64,000 nucleotides of DNA from Anolis carolinensis (Eukaryota), in contig NC_085846.1 of NCBI RefSeq assembly GCF_035594765.1, positions 19,455,190-19,519,189 of the forward strand. The letters are read 5' to 3'. The notes under the pieces are model-generated. The model had not been told where the DNA came from. It ran no database searches and worked only from the letters and a program-made list of their open reading frames with translations. Positions 51,457-64,000 of this stretch are shown here, in pieces; position 1 is the first letter of the stretch, and each line of letters opens with the position of its first letter. Made by a program: the position numbers and the translations under genes.

Positions 51457-52056
51457 CTGTAGACTAACAGAAAAACAAATCTTCTCAGGATAAATATGGG
51501 AATTGGAGTGTTGTATCATCATATTATAGACCAATGGCAAAAGAGCTCAATATAGGCTTCATCTGAAGGACCAAATATCCAAGGCTTGCCAAACATTCCC
51601 ATTTCTTTTTCCTCCAACTCAACAGATTTACTGTATGTACTTCTAATATTTCCCATTTGGGTGCCCCATTGATTGTGTCATCTTTGGCAATGAAAAACAA
51701 AAGGAACAAACTAAAAGTTGATGATGAAACTTTTTTTAAGTACTTGTTTTTTACACTCTTCTCTTTAGTTTCATCTACAGCCCAATACTCCAGGGAAATA
51801 GCTTATAACTGTGTAATTATCTCAAATTTCCTGCATTTCTTTGAGGCCAGAAACATGATCAATAATGCAGCTTATGAAATCCTATAAAAAGGAACTTTGC
51901 AATCCAACAATAAGCAGAATACATTGAGTGGGCAATATCCACAGACTCCTTTGATCAAAATAAACCCACAATAATTGCAGAAAGACTGTTAAAAGTATGT
52001 TGTGTGTGGGTATAATATGGAAACGTGAGATTGTATGTCAGTTTTTTTTCCCTGAG

Positions 52057-52286
52057 ATGGCAGGGATATTTATGCTGTCTGTAGTCTTCCTATTGTTGCA
52101 GTCATCTCAAATGGAGGAGAAGCCACAGACCACAATGTGTTTCATCAGTGGTAACTTCCAGCTACCATATGAATATTACCAAAGCGGAGACTTATTGATT
52201 GGGGCAATTTCTTCCCAGTTTGGTATGCTGTCTGATGGAATGGTTTTCGATGAGCATCCCAGCACAAAGTTTGAAAATGAACTAAT
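52057..52286 (+). CDS. V2R F exon 1
   Basis: [28 protein letters not shown]; AT|GTATGG. Confidence 0.85.
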
Positions 52287-55200
52287 GTATGGATGTAATT
52301 TTTGAACATGCATTTAAATTTACAAGCATGCTTTAAAATGTGTATGCTCCCTTCTTGAGATAATCTGTGTGTGTATGTGTGTGTGTATACATATATATGT
52401 ACATGAATATACACACACATTCTTTTGCTTTCTCCTTAGAGCTGGTTTTAAATTCATTTTAGTCCTATTTTCATCCAGTCTATATACTGCCTCATCCTCT
52501 ATATGATAGTGTTCTGTATCTTCCATTACTTCCTTCTGATTACATTTTCACTCTCCTTCTAAGTTTTCGCTTCAGTGTATCTCTTCTGCTGTTTATGGTC
52601 CCTTGTATAGCTGTTGTATTTTGTTTCAACCTTAGTTTTTTTTATCTCTCCATCAAAAGCATGGGCGACCCACCTACTTAGAACTGCATCATGTGTTTTG
52701 TCAATTTTATAATATAGCAATATTCTCTTTGTAGTATAACTTATGTCTGGCCATATTATTGTATTAATTTCCTTTCTTCCATTTCATCGTTATGAGTGTG
52801 ACTTCTTTGTCATTCTGCAGTTCCTGAAGGGGAGTGTTAGATGAGATTCTAATGGCAAAAACAGCCTTGAAGTATTTGTGTGGGGAACAAGAAAAAGAGC
52901 CACACCTCATGTTTATGAGCTACCTTGGAAGAAAGGAGAAATTGAGACTCTGGAATAGTACCTCTAAAGTTAGCAAGATTCACAATAGTCTAGACATTTT
53001 GACTTCTATTTGACAGTTTTCCTCCTGGTTGTATTAGGAACTGAGAAAGTAAGAGAAGGTTTCCATCATAATAGCAGAAATTAGAGGAGGTGGAAGCTTT
53101 ATGCAATATCTAATAGTCATTGCTTGTTTATTTGTATTTGAAATACATTACAAAATCTAATACAGGCATTATTCAGTGAATTTTACACCTATGTATTTGA
53201 ATGGGTGCATTGCATTGCATTCAAACTCTACTTTTATAGCTGTATTCCTGTGTCATTTATATGGAATTAAATTGCACAGCAAAAAATGATTAAATTTTGC
53301 GCAGATACAAAGCAGTGTAAACCTTTTGCTGAAATTGGTAGTACAGTAGAGTCTCACTTATCCAAGACTCGCTTATCTAACGTTCTGGATTATCCAACAC
53401 ATTTTTGTAGTCAATTTTTTCAATTCATCGTGATATTTTGGTGCTAAATTCGTAAATACAGTAATTACTACATAGCATTACTGCATATTGTCAAATTTGT
53501 TGTATAACATGATGTTTTGGTGCTTAATTTGTAAAATCATAACTTAATTTGATGTTTAATAGGCTTTTCCTTAATCCCTCATTATCCAACATATTCGCTT
53601 ATCCAACATTCTGCCGGCCTGTTTATGTTGGATAAGTGAGACTCTACTGTATTTACATTATAATCTTATGTCTATTACAAATTAAGTTCCATTGGCCCAA
53701 TGCTATGCTTAGTCTTAAGTAAGTTTTAGCTCAACCTGTACTTTATTTTAGTTGCATATTAAGCACAACATTGCTTTCAAAACCAAAACTTTAAAAATTC
53801 ACATTGAATAAGAGTATAGTAAAATAGTGGGGCAATTACTAAGAAAGTTTCTTCAGGTAGTTAACATCAAAGAAAGATTGGAATGGCTCATTTCTTCTGA
53901 GTCTGAATGTATGTCTTCTTTCATGTTCAAAACTGAAATATCAGTAACGCTGATCTGTTTTAGCACCTTTTTCAATGAAATGCTATGAGGAGACATCTGT
54001 TGCATACATTTTACAATTATAGATGCATAATTCATCTAATCATTTTCATTAGACCAACACTGAAGAACTATCAACATCTTCTGGCCCTGGAATTTGCTGT
54101 GAAGGAAGTAAACAGCAACCCCAAAATCTTATCAAATATCAGCCTGGGCTTCCATGTCTATGACAGTTATTTCAATGCAGGAATGACTTATCAAAACACT
54201 CTGAAACTTCTCTCCACCTGGAAAAGGATTGTCCCCAACTTTCACTGTAACAAGAAAAAGAATCTGGTTGCTGCCATTGGAGGACTTGACGCTGAAGTCT
54301 CTTATTGCATGGCCACAATCACCGGCATTTACAAGATTGCACAGGTACAGCAAGTGCTTTTTCTCATTGCTTTTTTTGGGGGGGGGGGGAGTTAAAATTA
54401 CATTTCACCTTTCATGTTACACTCAGGATATTCCCTACTTTTCTCCTTTGAAAAAATATCTGCAACTAATTAAAAGGCATGTGTGCTTGCTCCAAAGAAA
54501 TCAAAATTGGAAGAAAAGCTTTTGGTAATAGTCCTTTCCTAGTGTGTGGGAAACATGGGATTATGTGTCATTTTGGAGGTCTGTATTTGCAAGTTTTTAT
54601 AACTTGTAGGGTCAGTGTTCTGATGGTGCACTGCTCATTACAGATAAGTTTAGATCCCCCCATATGTATTTCCAATTAGAATTATTTTAAATGAATAGTT
54701 GTTTTATTTCTAAGAATCTTTATTAAGGAACCTCAAAAGGTTCAAATCCCTGCTCAGTAATGGAAATCCTCTGGATGTATTTGGGGAAGTCACACTCACA
54801 ACCTCAGAAGAAAGCAATGGCAAACACCCTCTTCAAAAACCTAGTAACTTTAGGATCTCTGCAAGTTGGAAAACATGGAAAGCACATAACACACAGTGAA
54901 TAAAAAGAAAAGAAGGGGAAATGAGAACGTTTAAACAAAACATTTGTGTGCCGCCACTAGGCTTGTGGAATTTGTCTGGACTGTGATCCATTTTGGTATC
55001 CAAATTTCAGTGGGTACTTGGACCCATTTTCGGGAGCCTCCCAAAATCGGCTAATGGGAAAAAATGGGACTCAGCAATCAAAAGATCCAGAAGACCTGGC
55101 CCATTGGCAGCAATGAGGAACTTACGAGGCTCCTCTCCCTTTCTCTTAAACCTAAGTTTAAGGCAAGGGCTTAAGAAACCCACCTTCCTGGGATCCTTTC

Positions 55201-58200
55201 CTTTTTGTCTTTCAAGGAGACTTGGATTTCAGGCAACACCCTTTCTTTGGATCCTTTCCCTTCTAACAGATGCCTCCCTCCTCACACTCCACATGTAGCT
55301 GAAATCAAAGCAGACTTTTTCAGCAGCCACTGTTCTTTTGCGGCCAGAAAATAACAGCTGTGGAGCGCATGCCGTTATGGGCGTCCTAATCAGCCAAACA
55401 TCGTTTTTGAAAATGAATCTGTGCACAACACTAGTCACCACTACTGCGAGGGCACGAATTATAACTTAAGATTCCCAATTTACATATTTCACATGTACTA
55501 TACTTTAAAGCAAGGAAATATCCTTCCAGACTGATTTGCTAAGTGATATGAAACAAAACTACTTTTGCTGAGTTGTTCTCCAAGATGTAAAAAGAAATAT
55601 GTCCAGAATTGATTGAAGGATAAAATATATATTAAATCTCATAGAAGAAACTTGACACATGGCAATCCAAGCAATACTGTTGTTAATAAAAAGTCAATTC
55701 CTTTTGGTCTAGATTGGCTACTGTGTATTGGCTCCAGTGATGAGTGAAAAACCCCAATACCCTTTTTTCTATCGGATGGTCCCAAATGAAGTATACCAGT
55801 ACAAAGGGATTGTCCAGCTCCTTCTGCATTTCCAATGGACTTGGGTTGGGATGATGGCAGCTGATGATGACAATGGAGAAAAATTTGTGCAAACATTGGA
55901 AAAGATGCTTTTCCAGGGTGGCATATGCACAGCTTTTAAAGCAAAAACAAAACACATAGCTCAGTTAATGGAAAATGGATCAGCTTTTGATGTCTTTCCA
56001 TACTTATGCCGTCTACTAACCAATGCCAAAGTAAGGGCAGTGATTATCAATGCAGAGCATCAGACTATATCAAATTTGAAATGGCTGATTTACGTTTACG
56101 TCGTTTTAAGAAACGTGGTTACACTCGGATCAGTGTCTAAAGTGTGGATTATGACAGCTCACTGGGATTTCTCATCACAAGCTGTTCACAGGTTTTTTGA
56201 TATACAAGCCTTTGATGGCACACTGTCTTTTGCAATTCATTCAAAAGAAATGTTGGCATTTTCAGAATTCCTTCAGACATTTCATCCTAGTTCAGCAAAA
56301 GGAAATGATTTTCTTAAATTGTTCTGGGAAGAGGCATTCAGATGTTCTTTTTCTGAATCTAATGAAGAAGAGGAGAGGCCTACGTGCACTGGGCAAGAAA
56401 GGCTGGATGATCTCCCAAGAGTTCTTTTTGAAGAAAGCATGACAGGCCAAAGCTACAGTATCTACAACGCAGTTTACATGCTAGCATATGCTTTAGAAAG
56501 GGCTTATAAATCTAAGACAAATAAAAAAGGAATGGCATACCCAGGTCCACTGGATCCTTCAAATCTTCAGTCATGGCAGGTAGGATTTCACATCACATGT
56601 AGCACTGATATCAAATGTTTAAACAACTATCTTGAAATGAGCATACAAGATATATATTTATCGATGACTTCTTTGACTTACAACTGTATACAGGGGGAGA
56701 CAAAGTCCATAATATGTACTAAAATGGTGGTCTGCTATATTGCCAGAATATCAATGGCAGGGAAACATCCTGAAGGAAAAGAAGAAACGTAATGGTTCAG
56801 ATTTTCTTGGAATAACTGAGGACCTTGCGACATGGACCAGACAGGCAGTTCCATAGTGCTGGCTTGCACCGGTGAAAGGGAAAGCATGTGGGGCAACTCG
56901 TGGCACCCCACGTGCCCTCCCTCCTACCCTCATCACACATGGAGGGTGGGAAAGGGTGCACATTACCACCCTTTTCCACCCCCATCACATGACAGAAAGG
57001 GTGGTAACATGCATCAATTTGTGTTGCCTCGCTGACCTTTCTGCCCTCACATGGACTTTTGGAGCCAAAAAGTGCGGGTAGCTCCATCGCAGCTACCCAC
57101 ATGATACTTTACTTCTTATAGTGGAGGGTGAAGCACCTTTCTGCGTTTTGCCTCCACTTTGGGAGGAAAGTGGGCGGGGCCTGCCATGCGTCATGTGACA
57201 CCACATGGCAGGCCCTGTCAAAGTCATGCATGAAGGAGGCAAAATGAGCCATTTTTGCCACATGTGAAGAGGTTCTAAGTAACTGTTAATTATGATTACA
57301 AGAATCATTTATGGCACAGAGAGAACAAAAGTGCATCTACATCGTGGAATCAATGGAGAATGGACATCACTTTAACCAGCATGACTCAATACCATGAAAT
57401 CATGCGGGTTTAGTTTCAGAAGGGCATTAACCTACTCTCATAAAGAATGCAGGTGCCTCACCAAATTTCTGCTCAATTACAGTGGTGTCAAACTGCATCT
57501 GTTCTACAATGGAGATGCACTCCTAATCATCCTGGAAGCATGCAGATAGCCTTGATGGAAACAGAGGTAACAAAACAGCGGTAATATTTTGAAAAAGAAA
57601 ACCAGAAAGAAAGGAATGCCAGATTCATAAATAAAATATGCTGTATATATAAAGCTTTGGGTTTTTTTTTATTCTGAGCAGCAAACAGCAATGATGGGAT
57701 ACCAGTCAGTTTAAAGGCTTTCTAGAAAAGGCATCAATAGATCATTTGGTGAGAAATATGGAGCAAAATGTGATTGCCTGTAGGGCCATTCTAAAAAGAC
57801 AGTGTCATGACTGAAAGGTCTCTGTTTCTCACTGAAAGTGAAGACATGGTTATGGGACCAATTATTTGGTTAGTAAAGTAATGCAGTCCTAAAATTGGAA
57901 TATGTGCAATCGACAACTGGACTGGCTCTGGATTACCATTTTGGATAGTGTGGTTTGTAAATGTTGTTGCTAAAACTTTTGAATTCTATGATTTTAATGC
58001 AACTGTTTATTTTAATTGATTTTCTGTTTTATTAAAACTACTGATGTTTGTAAAATATTGAAGTGAAGTAGGAATCTCACCATCTTCCCCTTTATAATAA
58101 TTTCTCACCAATTCATCATTTTCTTCTTTCAATCTAGCTTCATTCTTTCTTGAAGAGTGTTATATTTAACAATAGTGCTGGAGACACTGTGGCTTTTGAT

Positions 58201-60936
58201 GAGAATGGGGAATTAGCAGCTGGATTTGATATTATGAACTGGGTTACTTTCCCAAACCAATCCTTCTTAAAAGTTAAAGTAGGAAGTTTGGACCCTCATG
58301 CGCCCTTGGGCAAAGAGTTCACCATTAATGAAGAGGCCGTCACATTTCACAATATCTTCAATCAGGTGGGGTCTATCCAACATTTCTTTTAAAAAGCAAT
58401 GATAATTCAAAAATTATGATGTACTGATCCTGGGTAGATGGTGTTGGTGCAATCCCATTTACCAGAAATGAGTTGTTCCTTGTACACCAGTGGTTCTCAA
58501 CATGTGGTTCCCCAGGTGTTTTGGCCTACAACTTCCAGAAATCTCAACCAGTTTACCAGTTGTTAGTTCTGGGAGTTGAAGTCTAAAACATCTGGGGACC
58601 CACAGGTTGAGAACCACTGTTCTACACAATACATTATTGTTGTTGCCTAGGGGTGTGAATGACTCAAAAAACCTGTTTTGTCTTAATGAAATTTCTGCAA
58701 CCCCATTTTGATTCTAAAGTGTTTTGAACAATTCCTAAGTAGGTTGGGTCGTTTCTAATATGAAGAGAGGAGAACATAGTTATGTTTTCCTTTTGTTATT
58801 AAAAAACCAACAGAAGCTAAGCTATACCTGGTGGAGGAGGAAGCCCCATGGGGCTTGGGGTGGCTCTTCTCAGTCCGCCACTCGGTCTTATGTGAGCAGG
58901 CCCTGTCCTGCGCTGAGCTTGGGAAGGCTGCATGCCTGATGGTAAAGGATGCCTTGCTGAAGGTTTCTGGCATGAAAGTATCAGCCTTACCCAAGCAGGC
59001 CTTGTCATGTGCTTGGCAGAAGAGGAGGCCTCTCTATATATCTCTCTATCTCCCACTCTCTGTTGGCCTTCTCCTCGTGGCAAGCCACATGATTGGTGAG
59101 AGGGAGGTAGACGGAGCGAGAGAGAACTATACGAAGCCAACTATCTTCTTTATGAAAACTCAAAGGTGGGTGTATTGATTAGTTTGTGTTAGACGGGTGG
59201 GGGTGGCTCTGGGGATCGTAAATCGAGTCATATATATATATATATGAATTTAACAAAACAATCACGATTTACAACCCTCTCACATTTTTTTGCACAGCCA
59301 TGTTCCTTTCAACCTCAGAGAAAGGTTATAGCAAACCTACTTTGAGCAAATACTGCAGGTAAAATAGATTTATCCTTACAGTTAGCAGAAATCAGAAACA
59401 ACTTATAAACTCACAATGGTGAAGAGAAATTATCTTTTTTTTTTTTCCTTTTTGAACTCCCTTCTTTGTGACAACAAAGCTTTTTCACCTGTTCGTTTCA
59501 TTGGTCAAAGCTGTCTCACCGAAAATCAGTGATGTTAGATTGAGTATTTCAGTTACTGTTGTTAACATGGAAAACTGATATGTTGTCTCTCCTTTCTGTG
59601 GGTAGGTGCTGCCTATTTCATTGTGTACCGATAGATGTCATCCAGGTTACATGAAAAAAAAGAGGGAAGGGGAATTATTTTGTTGCTATGATTGCATTCC
59701 GTGTCCAGATGGGAAATTTTCAAACCAAAAAGGTGGGCAGTTTAATATGTAGTTATCATAAAGAACATTGTTGAGAAATGTAACTTATTGGCAACAACCC
59801 CAAACAATACAGGTAGATCCTTTGGACATATGAAGACAAATAGAAGAAGCAAAATGGTTTCATATTTTCTCATTGATTATTCGCATTTCTATCTTGTATT
59901 TCTTCACCGGAAAGCAACCACCTCTACTTTTTCCACCTAACTTTCTGCTCATGTTAATCCCGATGTAGATTAAGCTGGGCTGAATTGAGTTGAATGTTTC
60001 AATGAACATTTAAGCTTGGATTGGTTTTATTTTTCAGACATGGCTGAATGTTCAAAGTGTCCAGATGATCAGTATACCAACAAGAACCACGATCAATGCC
60101 TTCCCAAAAGTATACATTTTCTCTCGTTTACAGAACCTTTGGGAATAACTCTAACTTGCTTGGCTCTCTCCCTTTCTCTGATCACAATTTTGGTGCTCAA
60201 GATATTCATCATCAACAAGAACACTCCTATTGTCAAGGCCAATAACCGGAACCTCACTTACGTTCTTCTCGTTTCCCTATTACTCTGCTCCCTCTGTACA
60301 TTTCTGTTCATTGGCCAGCCTAAAACAGTGACCTGCTATTTGCGACAAACCATTTTCGGCACTGTATTTTCACTAGCTGTGTCTTGTATATTGGCAAAAA
60401 CCCTAACTGTGGTTGTTGCTTTCATGGCTACCAAGCCAGGATCCAGGATGAGGAAATGGGTGGGGAAAGGATTGGCAAACGCTGTAGTTTTTAATTGTTC
60501 TCTTATTCAAGCCAGTATGTGTGCTGTATGGCTGTGTATTGCTCCTCCATTTCCAAATTTTGACATGCACACGTTAGCTGAAGAAATCATTTTGGAATGC
60601 AATGAAGGATCCGTCACAATGTTTTATTGCATTATGGCCTACCTGGGATTTCTAGCCATGGTTAGTTTCACGGTGGCTTTCTTTGCCAGAAAGTTGCCAG
60701 ACAGTTTCAATGAAGCCAAATTCATTACTTTCAGCATGGTAGTGTTTTGCAGTTGTTGGCTGTGTTTTGTTCCATCTTACCTGAGCACTAAGGGGAAATA
60801 CATGGTGGTTGTGGAGATTTTCTCCATTTTAGCCTCTAGTGCTGCTTTATTGGGTTTCATCTTTTTCCCCAAATGTTTCATAATTGTCCTGAAGCCTGGC
60901 CTGAATTGCAAGGACTACCTAATCAGAAAAAAATGA
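52057..60936 (+). CDS. V2R gene F, intact, ~880 aa; join(52057..52286,54053..54344,55713..56579,58138..58365,59606..59732,60038..60936)
   Basis: Exons of 230/292/867/228/127/899 nt sum to 2643 nt in frame; GT-AG throughout. Confidence 0.94.
53344..53649. mobile_element. Tc1/mariner MITE
   Basis: TA|CAGTAGAGTCTCACTTATCCAA..TTGGATAAGTGAGACTCTACTG|TA. Confidence 0.9.
54053..54344 (+). CDS. V2R F exon 2
   Basis: [25 protein letters not shown]|GT; 292 nt. Confidence 0.93.
55713..56579 (+). CDS. V2R F exon 3
   Basis: [21 protein letters not shown]|GTAGG. Confidence 0.93.
58138..58365 (+). CDS. V2R F exon 4
   Basis: [18 protein letters not shown]|GT; 228 nt. Confidence 0.92.
58488..58619. mobile_element. 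Palindromic hAT MITE
   Basis: TIRs; TSD TTGTACAC/TTCTACAC. Confidence 0.85.
59606..59732 (+). CDS. V2R F exon 5
   Basis: [25 protein letters not shown]; 127 nt. Confidence 0.93.
60038..60936 (+). CDS. V2R F exon 6 (7TM)
   Basis: TTTCAG|AC ATG; 7TM ending at TGA. Confidence 0.96.
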
Positions 60937-63703
60937 TATATATTAGGCCTGTGTGATCTATGTTTCTATGCTAATTACTAGAGGTGTGCAAATTAATCGT
61001 ATGAAATCAGAAATCGGAAGAATTCATAAGTTTTGTACATTGAAAGTCTTTCTGAAGCGTTAGTGTGGCCCACTCTAAAAACTTAAATATCAAAGCTGAC
61101 TCCCACACTTTTTTATTGCAAGAAAGCAAGCTGCTACTAGTGAAAGCATAAAACTACCATACCTGCCTCCTTTGCCATTCCTGTCCCTGTAAATGGCTTC
61201 TCTGCTTGAAGACTTCATGGCTTGTTCCTCAGTGTGAAGACAGGGAGGGGTGCATTTTGGGAACAGCACAGAACTAAGGAAATGTAGTTTGGGAAAGGGC
61301 ACAGCCCTATGCCAAAGAATTCAAAGGTCTCTGCCCTCAACCACATTTCCCAGTATGCATGAGAATGATAATCAGGAGAGTAGTGAGGAAGTTGTCCCTC
61401 CCCTAAACAAACCATTTATATCAAAACTTTACAAAATTCTTTAAAATCAGTAGATGTATATTTCTGAAAGTAGGGGGAATGATCCCCTGTTATCTTGTGT
61501 CATCGGATGGAAAATTCAAGGAGTTAGCTCTTGTAGTTTTTTTTTAATGTTGTGTTTTTAAACTTTGAAAATTCCCCAAAAATTTGTGGATAAGTGAAAC
61601 GTTATGAAACTTGATGGGCAAAGAGTGGTAAATGTGTTTTACCATTGTAGCAAGTTTTATCCCATTAGCTTTAAAAAAGCGGAGATAGGTATGCACTGTT
61701 CTTATTCTCTTACATTATGAATGTCCATACACATATCTATATTAAATAAACATATATTCAAACAGACATGCACATACATGCATACTGTGACACATTCCCA
61801 CACACAATTACATATTCTGAACACACATACATACACATATGAACCAGCCCCTTAAAACTCCTGAGCTCTGCACCTTTTAGACCAGTCACTTTCAGATGAG
61901 GAAGCAGTGACAGGCAAAATTATAATGTTGCCACACTTTGCATCTTGATTTAATTACTGAAAGAAGAACCTAAAAAGGACTTGAACTATCTTGTCATCCA
62001 CCTTCATGCATGCCTGTGCATGGAAATCTATGGTTGTGGTCAGGAAGCGTTTTGCTGTACTCCTGATCTTTTAACGTATATGCTGTACTTATTTCTTTAT
62101 TAAAAGATGTATATTCTGTGCTTCCTTGTGAGATCTTTGTGTGATATACAAGTCAAATATTGGTAGAAGGTCAAATGATTCCAGTTTTGAAAGAATAACT
62201 GTATTTAAACAGCATAAAAACATACCAAACATGTTAAGAAGTTGAAATTAGTTAAGAGGTTAATCAGTTAAAACTACAAATACGTACATTTAAAAAAATA
62301 AATTAGGCTCAAGGGTAGCTGTGTGTGTTCTTGGCATTGGAAAGAAACAATTATCACCACCATTTGCTATTTCACAAATACGGCATCATAAGAAGAATAT
62401 TGGCATGTCTGCAATGTATTATTACACTGGTGGTACACAGAAGTAGACCTGTATAAAGATAGAGGCTTTTTTCAAATAGCAAGGTCCCAATCTATTTATT
62501 GCCCTGAAGTTTTTGTGTGCCTTCACGTGGTTTCAACTTATGGCAAATCTAATGTTAACCTATCATGCAGTTTGTTGTGTCAAAGATCACTCAGTGGGTT
62601 TTCCACAGTCATAGTCGAATACTCACAACACTACACTGTACTAGCCCTCAAGTCATCTCTAATATCTTAAATGAATACTAGATGTGAATTGGGAACCAGT
62701 CCACCTGCTTTATGATTGTTGTGATGTTAGTGATTTTGCAGCCATATTTTGTACTAGCTGTAGTTTTTGAATAATTTCCATAGGAAGATCCATCTAGAGC
62801 ACATTATAATAATCTATATAGGACATTTCCAGTGTGTGAACTCCTGTATGTATGCCACTCCCCACAAAGTCTGTAGCTCTCAGACCATATACTCCTGTCC
62901 ATGGTATCTACTTGAGTCTTCAGTTATAGTTTTAGAAGACTTTTAGATGTCTTAGGACTTCATCCCTCAGGATAAGTCAAACAGTTCAGAGAGTTGGTTA
63001 AACTTTGCCAAACCCCATTTGTAAATTAGATGAAAAATTTTCCTATCCCATCACACTAATCCTCCTCTCCAATTTCTTTAAGATTTATCCATTTGATTTG
63101 CCATCACACGGTAAATACTTGTTTTCCCCACTGTCCCTCCCCCATTTTTTTTTTTAAATTCTTTCTAATCTCAAGAGTTCAATTTACAACCCAAAAACTC
63201 ACAAGGGGTTATTTTTATATTGCAGAATCCAGAACAGGATGGAGGGGAAAATGAAGTTTTAGGTCTCTTATATGTTTCTCTTTGCTAGCCTTTTGATAGG
63301 CAAAACAAAATCCTGACAGCACAGCAGGAGTTTCAGGGAGGCAATTGTGAATGTTGAAAGAGGAGTTTGCTAAGTTTACAAAGACATTAGAAGAAGCACA
63401 GGATTTGCATGCTTGCTATTGTCTCCTAAATGTTTTGCATATGTGTTTTGCATATCTTTACTATATCTCCTCAGTCGCAAAATGGTAATGGTGGCAGAAA
63501 AGAATCAATTCTGCCCATCTCGGCTCCTCCCTCCATGATGAGGTCATTGTTATCTTTACAAGCAGTCAAGGGATAATTCACATCACATGGTAAATTGGGA
63601 GTATTTACAAGTCTCTATGTGGGGAATTGACTTAGGAATCATGGGAAAACTCACACTTTAGAAATGTAAAGATACCTCTACCCCATATTTGAAGCTTGCA
63701 TCA

Positions 63704-64000
63704 TGTGAAGAGCACCAACTGTTTCACTTGAGCCCTGAAACACCCTTTCACCACAAACCACAATCTGTCCATGTAGTCTAGCAGGTTAAAGTTTATTAAA
63801 AGAAGAATATATAAGGAAATAAGAAAATATATAAAGAAGCATCAATGTTCAAAAAGCCAATTCAAAAGAATCTCAGAAGCCCAAAATTCATTCAAACACA
63901 GTCTCAACAATTAATCCACAGATAGATCCATAAACCTGGTAGCAGGAGTCCAAGGCAGGCTGTTTTAAACCATCCATGAAACTAGAAACAGGAACAATCT
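63704..64000 (-). mobile_element. Possible LTR end, cut by the window edge
   Basis: TGT start, TTTATTAAA (minus-strand AATAAA) and A-rich texture similar to the solo LTR at 17680. Confidence 0.35.

Overview
AT-rich vertebrate genomic DNA, almost certainly squamate. The repeat content (Sauria SINE, L2, CR1, R4/Dong, Penelope, many hAT/Tc1/Harbinger MITEs) is Anolis-like; the species is inferred, not shown. The window is a tandem, all plus-strand cluster of vomeronasal type-2 receptor (V2R, class C GPCR) genes with the canonical 6-exon layout. Four genes splice into intact ORFs: A 3299-10476, C 24035-35449, E 39907-49535 and F 52057-60936. Gene B (13763-20299) has no visible exons 1-2 and carries a 1-nt frameshift in TM6. 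D (~37621-38487) is an orphan, disabled 7TM exon. The most unusual non-genic structures are: (1) a young 1.44 kb hAT insertion whose interior is a ~200-bp-period concatemer of nested GC-rich palindromes; (2) a Penelope-type 204-bp perfect palindrome carrying a minimal hammerhead ribozyme motif on each strand; (3) a three-level nested insertion (solo LTR in L2 in Sauria SINE); (4) several exon fragments duplicated around gene E, one preserving the ancestral state of a motif deleted from the live exon. There is one 131-N assembly gap. All coordinates were counted by eye and no database searches were run.
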